Counted from the first letter of the stretch, positions 8,556 to 17,270 are shown. The stretch: 32,000 nt of DNA from Nitrososphaera viennensis EN76 (GCF_000698785.1 NZ_CP007536.1:2370001-2402000), one strand, 5' to 3'. Translations and numbers: made by a program. The notes: generated by a model not told the origin, from the sequence alone.

Positions 8556-10283
8556 TTGTCAAAGCACCCAAAGATTGTACTTACTGCCGATCGTACGCTG
8601 ATGTCGCCTTATAGAGGCATCTCGCTTGCATCGTTTTTCGGCTGCGCTCCTGCACTTGACATGAACAGGAGCCATGACTCGTTATGGTATCACATACTTG
8701 GCAACCAGGTCACGCCAAGGATATTGTTTGACTTTATCTGCAACCCGATAGAGCACACCGACGGTTATGCCAACTACGCGCCGTACGGTCTGAGAAAGGT
8801 CGAGGCTGCCCTTTTGAGGGACGGCTATGCCCGCGAGGACGTCGTGGTGGCACACCCGGACCATGTGGAGCAGTTTATCGGCCCTGAGACGCAGGTCGTC
8901 GGCACCTACGAGATGGACCCTCTCGGCATGGGCCCCGTGACCATGACATTCACTTATGGCCGCAAGCAGCAGTCATACGACGAATTCTACAACGCAGACC
9001 TGCACCACCGCATCAGCGCTGCCAAAAAGAGGACGGGGAGCAAGGCCAAGGTCATCGCAGGCGCTTCGGGCACTTGGCAGTACAACTACGACCCTGCCAA
9101 GATAGAGGAGTACGACCTCTATGGCATCGTCGAGGGCGAGCTTGGAGGCATCGGTCCGGAGATAGACGGCGCAGCCGGCCCGTTCTTTGACGCCCTCATC
9201 GGAGGCGAGTTTGACATGGCAAACCCCTTCAAGAAGAGCCAGTTCAAGGTGGAGATTAAAGAGTTCGTGAGGAGCGACAGGACGTACCACGGCAGGTTCA
9301 TCCACTACTGGAACGAGCCCTCCATCGAGGAAATCCCAAACATAGTCAACCCGAGCATGCACGGCATGATAGAGGTGATGCGCGGCTGCGGGCGCGGATG
9401 CAAGTTCTGCGACGTGACCCTTAGGCCGCTGAGATACTACCCTGTCGAGAAGGTGCAGAAGGAGATAGAGATAAACATGAAGTACGGAGGGCTGAAAAAC
9501 GCCTGGATACACAGCGACGACATTTTCGTCTACGGCCTCAACCCGAGGACGACAAAGAACATGCAGCCAAACAGGGAGGCGATCGAGGAGCTGTTCAAGG
9601 GCATAATGGCCACCGGCGTCGAGCACACCAACCCGACGCACGGGACGCTTGCCGGCGCAATAGCCGACGAGCGCCTCCTCCCCAACGTGTCAAAGATAAT
9701 CAGGTCGGGCCCGGACAACCACATAGGCATCCAGTGCGGCTTTGAGACCGGGAGCATCAGGCTCATCGGCAAGTACGCCGACCGCAAGCTTGCCCCGTAC
9801 AAGCCGGAGGAATGGCACTGGGTGGTCAAGACCGGCGTCAAGGCGCTGAACGAGAATTACTGGGTCCCTGCGTTCACGCTCATCATGGGCCTTGACAACG
9901 ACGAGACGCCTGACGACAGCTGGGAGACGATCAGGCTCATCCACGAGCTGGAAACCGAGCAGCCGGACTCCAAGTTCACGGTAACTCCGCTCACCTTCGT
10001 GCCAATCGGCCTTTTGGAAAAGTCGGACTTTTACGACATTGGCAACACGATGGACCCTGCGAAACTGGGCGTCATGTACAAGACCTGGCAGCACAACTTC
10101 AAGCATGGCATACAGAAATTCATGGGCAAGGTGGGCCGCGACAACCCGATAAAGAACATGTTCTTTACCGCCCTTGCGTCAAGCCTCGGCGGCGTGCCGC
10201 TCACCGCGATGGAAAAGTACGCGCGCAGAAAGGGCCCGGAGCACGAGCGCGTGATAGAAAAGATCAAGGCCAGCTACTGGTAA
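8556..10283 (+). CDS. Radical SAM enzyme (575 aa), function unknown
   Basis: Canonical CX3CX2C cluster motif 'MRGCGRGCKFCDV' in the middle of the protein. An N-terminal domain of about 270 aa and a long C-terminal extension flank the core. TTG start. Confidence 0.8.
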   Translation: MSKHPKIVLTADRTLMSPYRGISLASFFGCAPALDMNRSHDSLWYHILGNQVTPRILFDFICNPIEHTDGYANYAPYGLRKVEAALLRDGYAREDVVVAHPDHVEQFIGPETQVVGTYEMDPLGMGPVTMTFTYGRKQQSYDEFYNADLHHRISAAKKRTGSKAKVIAGASGTWQYNYDPAKIEEYDLYGIVEGELGGIGPEIDGAAGPFFDALIGGEFDMANPFKKSQFKVEIKEFVRSDRTYHGRFIHYWNEPSIEEIPNIVNPSMHGMIEVMRGCGRGCKFCDVTLRPLRYYPVEKVQKEIEINMKYGGLKNAWIHSDDIFVYGLNPRTTKNMQPNREAIEELFKGIMATGVEHTNPTHGTLAGAIADERLLPNVSKIIRSGPDNHIGIQCGFETGSIRLIGKYADRKLAPYKPEEWHWVVKTGVKALNENYWVPAFTLIMGLDNDETPDDSWETIRLIHELETEQPDSKFTVTPLTFVPIGLLEKSDFYDIGNTMDPAKLGVMYKTWQHNFKHGIQKFMGKVGRDNPIKNMFFTALASSLGGVPLTAMEKYARRKGPEHERVIEKIKASYW

Positions 10284-10309
10284 TAAGAAGCAGCTGCTGC
10301 ATTTATACG

Positions 10310-10331
10310 GCGCCGGCCCGAAATCCGGCGC
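10310..10331. promoter_or_regulatory. Inverted repeat GCGCCGG-N8-CCGGCGC between an A/T box and ATG 10332
   Basis: 7-bp arms read directly from the sequence. It fills the interval between TTTATAC (10302-10308) and the start codon. It could equally be an RNA hairpin at the 3' end of the radical SAM gene. Confidence 0.3.
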
Positions 10332-10634
10332 ATGGCCGACTTTTTTGAGATAGACAGGCTGATTGATGAGCTTGCCCGGCTCTATGCCACTGCATGCGCG
10401 ACTGCATGGTTCAAGATAGAAAAGAAAAAGCCCGCGCAGGATGAATACCGCGCCAAGGTGGTTGAATTCATGCGCCACTTTGAGTACACGCTTTCTACCT
10501 TCCAAAAGACGCCCGAGGCAGACAATTTCCGCGCTCATGCAAAAAAGGCGCTTGAAGCTGAAATTGAAAAGGTGCTTGCAGGGCAGAACAAGGAGGTGGA
10601 AAAGCGCTACAAGTACTTCGTCGATTACAGCTAG
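10332..10634 (+). CDS. Hypothetical helical protein (100 aa)
   Basis: ATG lies about 23 nt downstream of TTTATAC. Charged, helix-prone sequence. No family recognised. Confidence 0.5.
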   Translation: MADFFEIDRLIDELARLYATACATAWFKIEKKKPAQDEYRAKVVEFMRHFEYTLSTFQKTPEADNFRAHAKKALEAEIEKVLAGQNKEVEKRYKYFVDYS

Positions 10635-11272
10635 CTATAGATCTCTTTTTCCAGCTGCGAAAGGAACGCCTCCATAAAGCGCGTGCGCTCGTGCGCCACC
10701 CTTTTTGCAGTGGCGGTGTGCATGGTCTCTTCAAGCTTTAGCAGCTTTGCCTTGAAATGGTCAATCGTCCACCGCGTGTCCTCAGGCTTTCTGTCCGTTT
10801 TGCAGAACGGGTCTTCCGGGTTGTAGAACCTGCGCATCTCTGACCCTCCGACTGAAAACGTGCGGGCGATGCCTATTGCGCCAAGCGCATCCAGCCTGTC
10901 TGCGTCCTGCAGGATCTTGGCCTCAAGGGTCTCCGGGTTGACGTTCTTGGAGTAGCTGTGCGTCCTTATGCAGTACGACACTTTTTCTATCCTGTCTCTG
11001 GACCAGCCGCGTGCGGCAAGCATCCTCTGCGCAAGCTCGGCGCTTTCGTCTGCCGACTTGCTCCTTTTCTCGCTGCCTTTCGGGTAGACTATGATGTCGT
11101 GCAAGAGCGCTGCGGCAAGAAGGACCTCCATGTCAGCGCCCTCTTCTCTTCCAATCTGCTCTGCAGTCTTGAAGACGCGAATCACGTGGGAATAATCGTG
11201 GCCGGGGTCGCGGCCGGCAAGCATCTTTTCCGCTTCGAGCCTTAAGTCGTCAAGCACCGTCACGTCATGCAA
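10631..11272 (-). CDS. HD-domain metal-dependent phosphohydrolase
   Basis: 'GHDYSHVIRV' and 'LLHDI' supply the H...HD...D signature, followed by 'DADRLDALGAIG'. TTG start at 11272. Confidence 0.8.
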   Translation of the reverse strand: MHDVTVLDDLRLEAEKMLAGRDPGHDYSHVIRVFKTAEQIGREEGADMEVLLAAALLHDIIVYPKGSEKRSKSADESAELAQRMLAARGWSRDRIEKVSYCIRTHSYSKNVNPETLEAKILQDADRLDALGAIGIARTFSVGGSEMRRFYNPEDPFCKTDRKPEDTRWTIDHFKAKLLKLEETMHTATAKRVAHERTRFMEAFLSQLEKEIYS

Positions 11273-11317
11273 GTGCGGATGCTTGGGTATTAAGCGATTG
11301 CCTTGTAGAATATGTAG

Positions 11318-11364
11318 GTGGAGGAGAAATTAAAAGGAAAAAGGAAGGGGGAGCGTATATGCTC
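11318..11364 (-). terminator. Pyrimidine/T-rich tract downstream of amoB (candidate archaeal terminator)
   Basis: The minus strand after the stop reads GAGCATATACGCTCCCCCTTCCTTTTTCCTTTTAATTTCTCCTCC: a weak 4-bp hairpin followed by T runs. Confidence 0.45.
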
Positions 11365-11922
11365 TTAGATGACTTGCCACGGTCTGGTAGCGAAGGTTAT
11401 GCCGAGGCCAGCTCCGATGATTATACATTGGTATACAATGTTGTTGTACGGAATTGGCTTCAGTATTGGGTCACCAGTGACGTTCACAGTCTGACCCCTG
11501 CCTAGACCCGGACCGATGTGCTCAATGTTGAGCTGTGTGTGCACGTGATATGTGCCTGGTTCAAGCGCCTTTACAGTGATTGAGTAGTCCACTGTTTGAC
11601 CTGCTCTGATGTCGAATATGTTGCCTGGTGGGTCTCTCGCAAGGAACTCCCATCTGTTGCCAGCGTTTTCAGATTCGCTGAACAGAGAGAGCCATCCTCT
11701 GAGGTCTCTGTTGACCAAACTCTTCAACTGGCCACTTACGGTTAGCTCTTCGCCTGTCTGGAGGGTATTGTCGGAGAACTGCTCGTTATCAATCCTCACG
11801 AACCTGCTCTGCAGCTGTGCCTGCACACCGTGCGCGTCAGCGCTTGGCATGTATGCAATTACGGCAGACAGTACCATGACTGTCGCAAGAGCCGTCACGA
11901 CCAACGTCTTGCTTTCCATCAT
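11365..11922 (-). CDS. amoB: Ammonia monooxygenase subunit B (archaeal, single-cupredoxin form)
   Basis: 185 aa. Signal peptide ends 'PSADA|HGVQAQLQSRF', which leaves an N-terminal His. HxH motif 'YHVHTQLN', 'RDLRGW', 'ARDPPGN', and a C-terminal TM helix ending 'TFATRPWQVI'. This matches archaeal AmoB as I recall it. Confidence 0.85.
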   Translation of the reverse strand: MMESKTLVVTALATVMVLSAVIAYMPSADAHGVQAQLQSRFVRIDNEQFSDNTLQTGEELTVSGQLKSLVNRDLRGWLSLFSESENAGNRWEFLARDPPGNIFDIRAGQTVDYSITVKALEPGTYHVHTQLNIEHIGPGLGRGQTVNVTGDPILKPIPYNNIVYQCIIIGAGLGITFATRPWQVI

Positions 11923-11955
11923 ATCCCTCTACTTAGGCTTACCAGAATGAACATA

Positions 11956-11970
11956 GATATATACTTTTAT
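11956..11970 (-). promoter_or_regulatory. AT-rich TATA-like element upstream of amoB
   Basis: The minus strand reads ATAAAAGTATATATC, 34-48 nt upstream of ATG 11922. A purine-rich GAGGGA sits just before the ATG. Confidence 0.45.
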
Positions 11971-12036
11971 GCCCTTGAGCAAGCACTTCTCGCACGCCCG
12001 ATACCAATTAGTAGCCGGCGCGCAAGAGAAACCGCG

Positions 12037-13020
12037 TTGGAAGGCGAAGAGAGCTCCAAGCTTGCGCTTGGCTCCATAGAGGACATCGGGCCCGCGACCG
12101 AAAAGCGGCTAAAGGAGGCCGGCTTTCGCTCGATAAAGGATCTTCTGGTCAGGGGGCCGGTGGACGTTGCAGAGGCGACAGGCATGGAGATGGATGAGGC
12201 CGTGGAGATGTGCAACAAGGCCCGCATCGCACTTGAAGAGCTTGGAATCATCGACAGGAGCTTTGTGACGGCAACGAGCCTCTATGAAAAGAGGATGTCC
12301 GGCGGCCAGCGCATATCCACCGGGGCCAAGAACTTTGACGACCTGCTTGGAGGCGGCGTGGAGACAAAGGCTGTCACGGAGGTGTACGGCGAGTTTGGCA
12401 CTGGAAAAACTCAGCTTTGTCATACTTTGTGTGTGATGGTGCAGCAGCCAAAGACCGCAGGAGGCCTTTCCGGCAAGGCCATCTATATTGACACCGAAAA
12501 CACGTTCCGGCCGGAGCGCATTGTCTCGATAGCAAGGGCGCGGGGCGTAAACCCTGACAGGGCGCTTGAGGGCATTGTCGTTGCCAAGGCGTACAACAGC
12601 GCCCATCAGGAGCTGATAATAGAGGAGACGGGGCCTGTGATAGAGGAGCAGGGAATAAAGCTTGTAATCGTTGATTCTGCGGTGGCGCACTATCGCGCCG
12701 AGTTCCTTGGAAGAGCGACGCTTTCAGAGCGCCAGCAGCGCCTCAACAAGTTCATGCACATCCTGGTACGCATGGCAGAGACATACGAGGTGGCAGTCGT
12801 CGTCACGAACCAGATCCAGTCCTCGCCGGATGCGTATTTTGGCGATGCGGCAAGGCCTACTGGCGGCAACGTTGTCGCCCACACGAGCACCTACAGGATA
12901 TACCTGAAACGCTCGTCAGGCAAAAACAGGATAGCAAGGATGGTCGACAGCCCCTACCACGCGGAGAGGGAAGTGCTCTTCACGCTTGCCGACAAGGGTA
13001 TATCCGACGTTGAGAATTGA
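12037..13020 (+). CDS. radA: DNA repair and recombination protein RadA
   Basis: N-terminal HhH domain 'IEDIGPATEKRLKEAGF', Walker A 'GEFGTGKTQ', Walker B 'LVIVDS', 'GGNVVAHTSTYRIYL'. The GTG 11830 start overlaps amoB, and ATG 11947 overlaps the putative amoB promoter. TTG 12037 gives a typical 327-aa RadA. Confidence 0.9.
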   Translation: MEGEESSKLALGSIEDIGPATEKRLKEAGFRSIKDLLVRGPVDVAEATGMEMDEAVEMCNKARIALEELGIIDRSFVTATSLYEKRMSGGQRISTGAKNFDDLLGGGVETKAVTEVYGEFGTGKTQLCHTLCVMVQQPKTAGGLSGKAIYIDTENTFRPERIVSIARARGVNPDRALEGIVVAKAYNSAHQELIIEETGPVIEEQGIKLVIVDSAVAHYRAEFLGRATLSERQQRLNKFMHILVRMAETYEVAVVVTNQIQSSPDAYFGDAARPTGGNVVAHTSTYRIYLKRSSGKNRIARMVDSPYHAEREVLFTLADKGISDVEN

Positions 13021-13096
13021 TGATAATGTCGTTTGTCCTTTGAAAACCCGTGCAGATAACTTAAATTAAGGTCAAAACGCTTTTCGTATTGAAAAT

Positions 13097-13396
13097 ATGC
13101 CAAGATCGCACGGTACCAGGAGAAAGGCTCGCTCAATCCTGACAAAGGACAATGTAGTCAGGGGCATATCGTACCTCCTTCACGATTACAAGGTTGGAGA
13201 CAAGGTTATCGTAGAAGTTGACCCCCGTGAGCACGACACCACGCCCCACAGGCGCTTCCACGGACGCATCGGCGTAGTAAAGGAAGTGCGCAAGCGCACG
13301 CTGAAGGTGTCGGTGATGTTTGGCTCCAAGGAAAAGATCCTCCAGACGCGCCTCAACCACGTCAAGCCTCTGGCCTCTCCGGGGTCGTCAGAATGA
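13097..13396 (+). CDS. rpl21e: 50S ribosomal protein L21e
   Basis: 'MPRSHGTRRKARS...YKVGDKV...HRRFHGRIGVV' is the characteristic L21e sequence. First gene of the conserved L21e-rpoF-DUF655-ksgA block. Confidence 0.9.
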   Translation: MPRSHGTRRKARSILTKDNVVRGISYLLHDYKVGDKVIVEVDPREHDTTPHRRFHGRIGVVKEVRKRTLKVSVMFGSKEKILQTRLNHVKPLASPGSSE

Positions 13397-13725
13397 CCGA
13401 GACGCTGAAAAAAGAGATAATCACGACCGCGCAGGTAAAGGAGATACTGGACTCTGTCAAGGCCGACGACATGGACCAGATCCAGCGCTGGACCTCCGAC
13501 TATGTCGGCAAGTTTGCCAAGACCGACGCCAAGACTGCGGCAAAGATGGTAAAGCAGCTTGTCGAGCAGTGCGACCTTACTCAGGAAGAGGCAGTCGAGG
13601 TCGTAAACGTCATGCCGACCACCCTTGAGGAGCTGAGGGCTTTTACGTTTGGGTGGAAGAAACTAATACTCACAGAGACGCTTGAAAAGATGCTCTCCAT
13701 ACTCAAGCCCGAGAGCCAAGGCTAA
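13393..13725 (+). CDS. rpoF: DNA-directed RNA polymerase subunit F (Rpo4)
   Basis: 110 aa. ATGA overlap with the rpl21e stop. Helical Rpo4-like sequence in the conserved synteny position. Confidence 0.75.
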   Translation: MTETLKKEIITTAQVKEILDSVKADDMDQIQRWTSDYVGKFAKTDAKTAAKMVKQLVEQCDLTQEEAVEVVNVMPTTLEELRAFTFGWKKLILTETLEKMLSILKPESQG

Positions 13726-13766
13726 ATAGCAATTATTCTACAGTATAGGGAGGATAGAGAGTCAGT

Positions 13767-14393
13767 TTGTCAGCAGCACAAGATCCAGCCGCCGGAGCCG
13801 CAGGCCAGCAGCCGCCGGCAAGAGCCGAAGCGGGCCACGACCACGGCCAGAGGAAATACGAGGAGTACGCCTACGTTCTGGACTACACTCCCCGGGGCAA
13901 GTCTGCCACCGTGAGGGGAAGGGAGGGCGTCATAGTGCAGGCCATAGGCGAGGAGCGCCTGACACTTTTAGAGCTGCTGGGCGTGCAGAACTCGACCTTT
14001 GAGGTCGGCGAGCGCCTCTATATTGGCCGGGAAGGGCGCAACAAGATAATGAGCGTGCTTGGGAGGCTGGACTACAATGACGTCTCGCAGTCTGCCAAGA
14101 ACGAGCTTCCTGCGATAGTGGAAAAAGTGGTAGTGGCAAACGAAAAGAGGTTCGTCGACTACATCAACATGTCGCAGCCGATAACTCCGAGGATTCATGC
14201 GCTGGAGCTCATACCGGGCATAGGCAAGACCTACATGATGACGATAATCAAGGAACGGGAAAAGAAAAAGTTTGAGAGCTTTGCAGACCTGCAGACCCGC
14301 GTGGGGCTGAGGGAGCCGGCAAAGCTCGTGGCCAAGAGGATAATCGAAGAGATAATGGGCCAAGCCCGGATGAACCTTTTCGTCAGAAAGTAA
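13767..14393 (+). CDS. DUF655-family putative RNA/nucleotide-binding protein (OB fold plus HhH)
   Basis: 'EEYAYVLDY.P.G' N-terminal motif and a C-terminal 'IPGIGK' HhH-like region. Conserved position between rpoF and ksgA. TTG start. Confidence 0.75.
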   Translation: MSAAQDPAAGAAGQQPPARAEAGHDHGQRKYEEYAYVLDYTPRGKSATVRGREGVIVQAIGEERLTLLELLGVQNSTFEVGERLYIGREGRNKIMSVLGRLDYNDVSQSAKNELPAIVEKVVVANEKRFVDYINMSQPITPRIHALELIPGIGKTYMMTIIKEREKKKFESFADLQTRVGLREPAKLVAKRIIEEIMGQARMNLFVRK

Positions 14394-15113
14394 TTGCCAA
14401 GGCGCACCAAGACGCAGGCACTGGGACAGCATTTCCTTGCCGACCGCAGGGTGCTTGCCAGGATAGTAGATGCGTCTGCCATAGGCAAGGGCGAGACGGT
14501 GTGCGAGGCAGGAACGGGCAGCGGCATCCTGACTGAAGAGCTGTGCAGGCACGCCAAGAAGGTCGTGTCGTACGAGGTCGACAGGGAGCTTTACATTCAT
14601 GCCAAGGCAAAGCTTGCCTCTTCTAATCTGGAATTCGTAAACGCGGACCTGTTCAAGCGCGACGAGCAGCTTTTTGACGTGTTTGTCTCAAACCTGCCGT
14701 ATTCCAAAAGCCGTGACGCGTTTGAATGGCTTGCCGCAAGGAAATTTGACCGCGCAATAGTGATGGTGCAAAAAGAGTTTGCAGAGAAGCTGCTGGCAAA
14801 ACCCGGCGACTCGAATTACAGGGCAATATCTGCAATTGCCTCCTATTGCTTTCATTTGGAGAAGCTGTTCGATGTCGGAAAAGAGTGCTTCAATCCTCCG
14901 CCGCTGGTCGAGTCTACGGTCATCCGGGCAACCCTGAAACACTCGATAACCCGGGAGACTGTAAAGAACATCAACAGGCTGTTTTCGCAGCGCAACAAGC
15001 GCGCGTCGACCGTTGCTGCAAAACTTGGTATCCAAATGGACTTTGGCGACAGGCGCGTGGACCAGCTGGTACCGGCGCAGATAATCGCGCTTGCATCAGG
15101 GATGATCGCATGA
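14394..15113 (+). CDS. ksgA: 16S rRNA (adenine-N6,N6)-dimethyltransferase KsgA/Dim1
   Basis: 'LGQHFL.D', SAM motif 'VCEAGTGSGILT', 'SNLPY'. The start abuts the upstream stop. Confidence 0.9.
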   Translation: MPRRTKTQALGQHFLADRRVLARIVDASAIGKGETVCEAGTGSGILTEELCRHAKKVVSYEVDRELYIHAKAKLASSNLEFVNADLFKRDEQLFDVFVSNLPYSKSRDAFEWLAARKFDRAIVMVQKEFAEKLLAKPGDSNYRAISAIASYCFHLEKLFDVGKECFNPPPLVESTVIRATLKHSITRETVKNINRLFSQRNKRASTVAAKLGIQMDFGDRRVDQLVPAQIIALASGMIA

Positions 15114-15114
15114 C

Positions 15115-15630
15115 ATGTACGTGCCTGCAGAAGACACGCTCTTTTTGATGGAATGCACAAAGCAGTACCGCGGCACGTGGGCCCTCGAGATGGGCGTCGG
15201 CTCGGGCGCGGTCGCGCAGTCGCTCCTTTCAAATTTCAAGAACGTGGTGGGAACAGACATCGACCTTGCATCGCTTGCGTATTGCAGGGGAAAAGAAGAA
15301 GGCGTGATGCTCGTATGCTGCGACGCGGCGTCCGCACTCCGTGGCAAGTTCGACCTCGTGGTTGCAAACCCGCCGTACCTGCCCGGCGACCCGCAGGCAG
15401 ACGCAACGGTGCACGGCGGTCTCGCTGGCATAGAAACAACTATTCACTTTATCGAGTCGGCGCTCCCGCTCCTGTCAGAAAAAGAAGGCAAGATGCTTGT
15501 AATAGTGTCGTCGCTTGCAAACTCGACCGCGCTGGACAAATTCGTGCAGGAGAAAAAGCTAAAGAAAAGGGTGGTCGGGGAAAAGGCGCTTTTTTACGAG
15601 CGCCTTTATGCAGTAGAGCTTACTTTTTGA
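15115..15630 (+). CDS. HemK/Mtq2-like N5-glutamine methyltransferase
   Basis: 'VYVPAEDT', SAM motif 'LEMGVGSG' and catalytic 'VANPPYLP' (NPPY). 171 aa. Confidence 0.8.
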   Translation: MYVPAEDTLFLMECTKQYRGTWALEMGVGSGAVAQSLLSNFKNVVGTDIDLASLAYCRGKEEGVMLVCCDAASALRGKFDLVVANPPYLPGDPQADATVHGGLAGIETTIHFIESALPLLSEKEGKMLVIVSSLANSTALDKFVQEKKLKKRVVGEKALFYERLYAVELTF

Positions 15631-16648
15631 GCAGTTTTGCCGCCCTTGTGGCTATCTGGTCTGCCATCTTGGACAGCGACGCCGTGCCTCCAAGGTCGTA
15701 GGTCACGTACTTGTTCTCGTTGATGACGTCCTCCGTGGCCTTGAATATCGCCTTGCAGATTTCGCGCTCGCCAAGGTAGTCTGCCATCCACGCGCCCGAC
15801 AATATTGTTGCTACAGGATTGACCTTGTCCTTGCCCGCGTATTTCGGGGCGGAGCCGTGCGCCGGCTCGAACATCGCATAGTCGTCGCCGTAGTTGCCAG
15901 AGTAGACGTTGCCGATGGAGCCGACGTTTCCGGACGCGCATTCGGATATTACGTCCATGAACAGGTTGGTGCTGACAAGCACGTTCTTGTTAAAGCGCTC
16001 CGGGTTCTTGACCAGCTGCTGCGTCATGTTGTCGATATAGTATTCCTCGTACTCTATTCCCTTAAAGCCCTTGCCCGCGTTTTCAATCGACGACCAGAAT
16101 ATGCCGTCAGTCTCCTTCAGGATGTTGCGCTTTGTGATTGCGACGACTTTTTTCCAGCCATAGTCCTTGGCGACCTCAAAAGCCTTTCTTGCAATGCGGT
16201 CGCATCCCTTCCTTGTCGTCTTGCGGATCGCGATCGCAGAATCGTCGCTTGTCTTGAACTCGATCCCCGCGTACAGGCCCTCCGTCGCTTCGCGGACGCA
16301 GATAAAGTCAAGCTGCTTTTCGGCGTTGGCGTACGTCTTTATCGGGCGCAGGTTGCCGTAAAGCTGGAACTTTTGCCTGATGCTGACTGCCACGCTCCTT
16401 GGCGCGTTTGGCACGGGGACCGTGGTGGTCGGGCCCTTGAAGCAGGCGTCCGAGTCTTCAAGGAGCTTCCACACCTCAGGCGAAATATACGAATTGCCGC
16501 CGTTTTTCTCCCACCATTCAGAGCCGGCGTCGCACTGGACGAGCTCTATCTTTGTGTTGCACGCCTTCAGGACCTTGACCATCGCGTTTACGAGCTCCGG
16601 GCCGGTCCCGTCGCCTCTGATTATAGCAGCGGTAGTCTTTTTAGCCAA
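15620..16648 (-). CDS. icd: Isocitrate dehydrogenase (beta-decarboxylating dehydrogenase family)
   Basis: 'GDGTGPE', 'FKGPTTT...[19 protein letters not shown]', '[19 protein letters not shown]'. The last motif is ICDH-like rather than LeuB-like. Confidence 0.75.
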   Translation of the reverse strand: MAKKTTAAIIRGDGTGPELVNAMVKVLKACNTKIELVQCDAGSEWWEKNGGNSYISPEVWKLLEDSDACFKGPTTTVPVPNAPRSVAVSIRQKFQLYGNLRPIKTYANAEKQLDFICVREATEGLYAGIEFKTSDDSAIAIRKTTRKGCDRIARKAFEVAKDYGWKKVVAITKRNILKETDGIFWSSIENAGKGFKGIEYEEYYIDNMTQQLVKNPERFNKNVLVSTNLFMDVISECASGNVGSIGNVYSGNYGDDYAMFEPAHGSAPKYAGKDKVNPVATILSGAWMADYLGEREICKAIFKATEDVINENKYVTYDLGGTASLSKMADQIATRAAKLLKK

Positions 16649-16706
16649 ATCGAATCAAAGCGGGAGCTCGCGCTTTCCTATTTAATCCTACTTACTATTG
16701 CCACTA

Positions 16707-17270
16707 TTACTTGTGGGTGAGCTCTGCCCTCACGACCATCTCGTTTGTAAATGCAGGCATGCTCTTTAGATCAGGTACGCTGGTAAACTCGTTCTTTTCA
16801 GAAAAGTACGAGTACTGGATGTTATAGTCGTTCAGGGTAATCACCTGCTCGACGTTTGTGCCTGTCGAGTTGTTGACCACGGTTATCGTGCTGTTGTCAT
16901 ACGAGTAGACGCGCATAAAGTCGGCCATCGACAACCTCACCGGCCTGATGTACTCTATATGTACTTCGTTTCCGACCTTGTCAGTGTGTATGGGGCGCAG
17001 GCATTCCTGGCCGTCCTTGGGCTGCTTGCCAACGTTGTCAGGCAGCTGCATGGTCTGGCCATCGACTATTACCTCGACCCTCGGGAAAAGCTGGAACGTC
17101 TCGACGTTGTGGTTCTTCAGGCATACCTCGGTAGGGTCTGGCGGAGGGAACAACTGGGTCGCCAAAAGCGCAACGAGGGTGGCGCCGCCCATTATGATGG
17201 GGATTATCAGCATCTCCTTCTTGCCAAGCCTCTTTTTCGGCTTTTCCTCCTTTATCTTGCGCTTTGGCAT
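16707..17270 (-). CDS. Membrane-anchored extracytoplasmic protein of unknown function
   Basis: Basic N-terminus and a single TM helix ('LIIPIIMGGATLVALLA'). Body contains 'VIVDGQTMQLPDNVGK...C..PIHTD..GNEVHIE'. Promoter-like box at 17298-17310. Confidence 0.6.
   Translation of the reverse strand: MPKRKIKEEKPKKRLGKKEMLIIPIIMGGATLVALLATQLFPPPDPTEVCLKNHNVETFQLFPRVEVIVDGQTMQLPDNVGKQPKDGQECLRPIHTDKVGNEVHIEYIRPVRLSMADFMRVYSYDNSTITVVNNSTGTNVEQVITLNDYNIQYSYFSEKNEFTSVPDLKSMPAFTNEMVVRAELTHK

Noticed and set aside
8973-9641. 222-aa minus-strand ORF, plus 9690-10106 and 9530-9841
   Set aside because: These are antisense shadows of the radical SAM gene. They are low-complexity Val/Leu/His/Arg-rich, with no start context or motifs.
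13017-13075. Perfect UGAUGA (C-box-like) straddling the radA stop
   Set aside because: There is no CUGA D or D' box at 12 nt spacing and no terminal stem. The region is better explained as the rpl21e promoter spacer.
15857-16720. 287-aa plus-strand ORF
   Set aside because: It is antisense to the isocitrate dehydrogenase gene, which carries unambiguous family motifs. Its composition (Arg/Ala/Leu/Val) is that of a shadow ORF.
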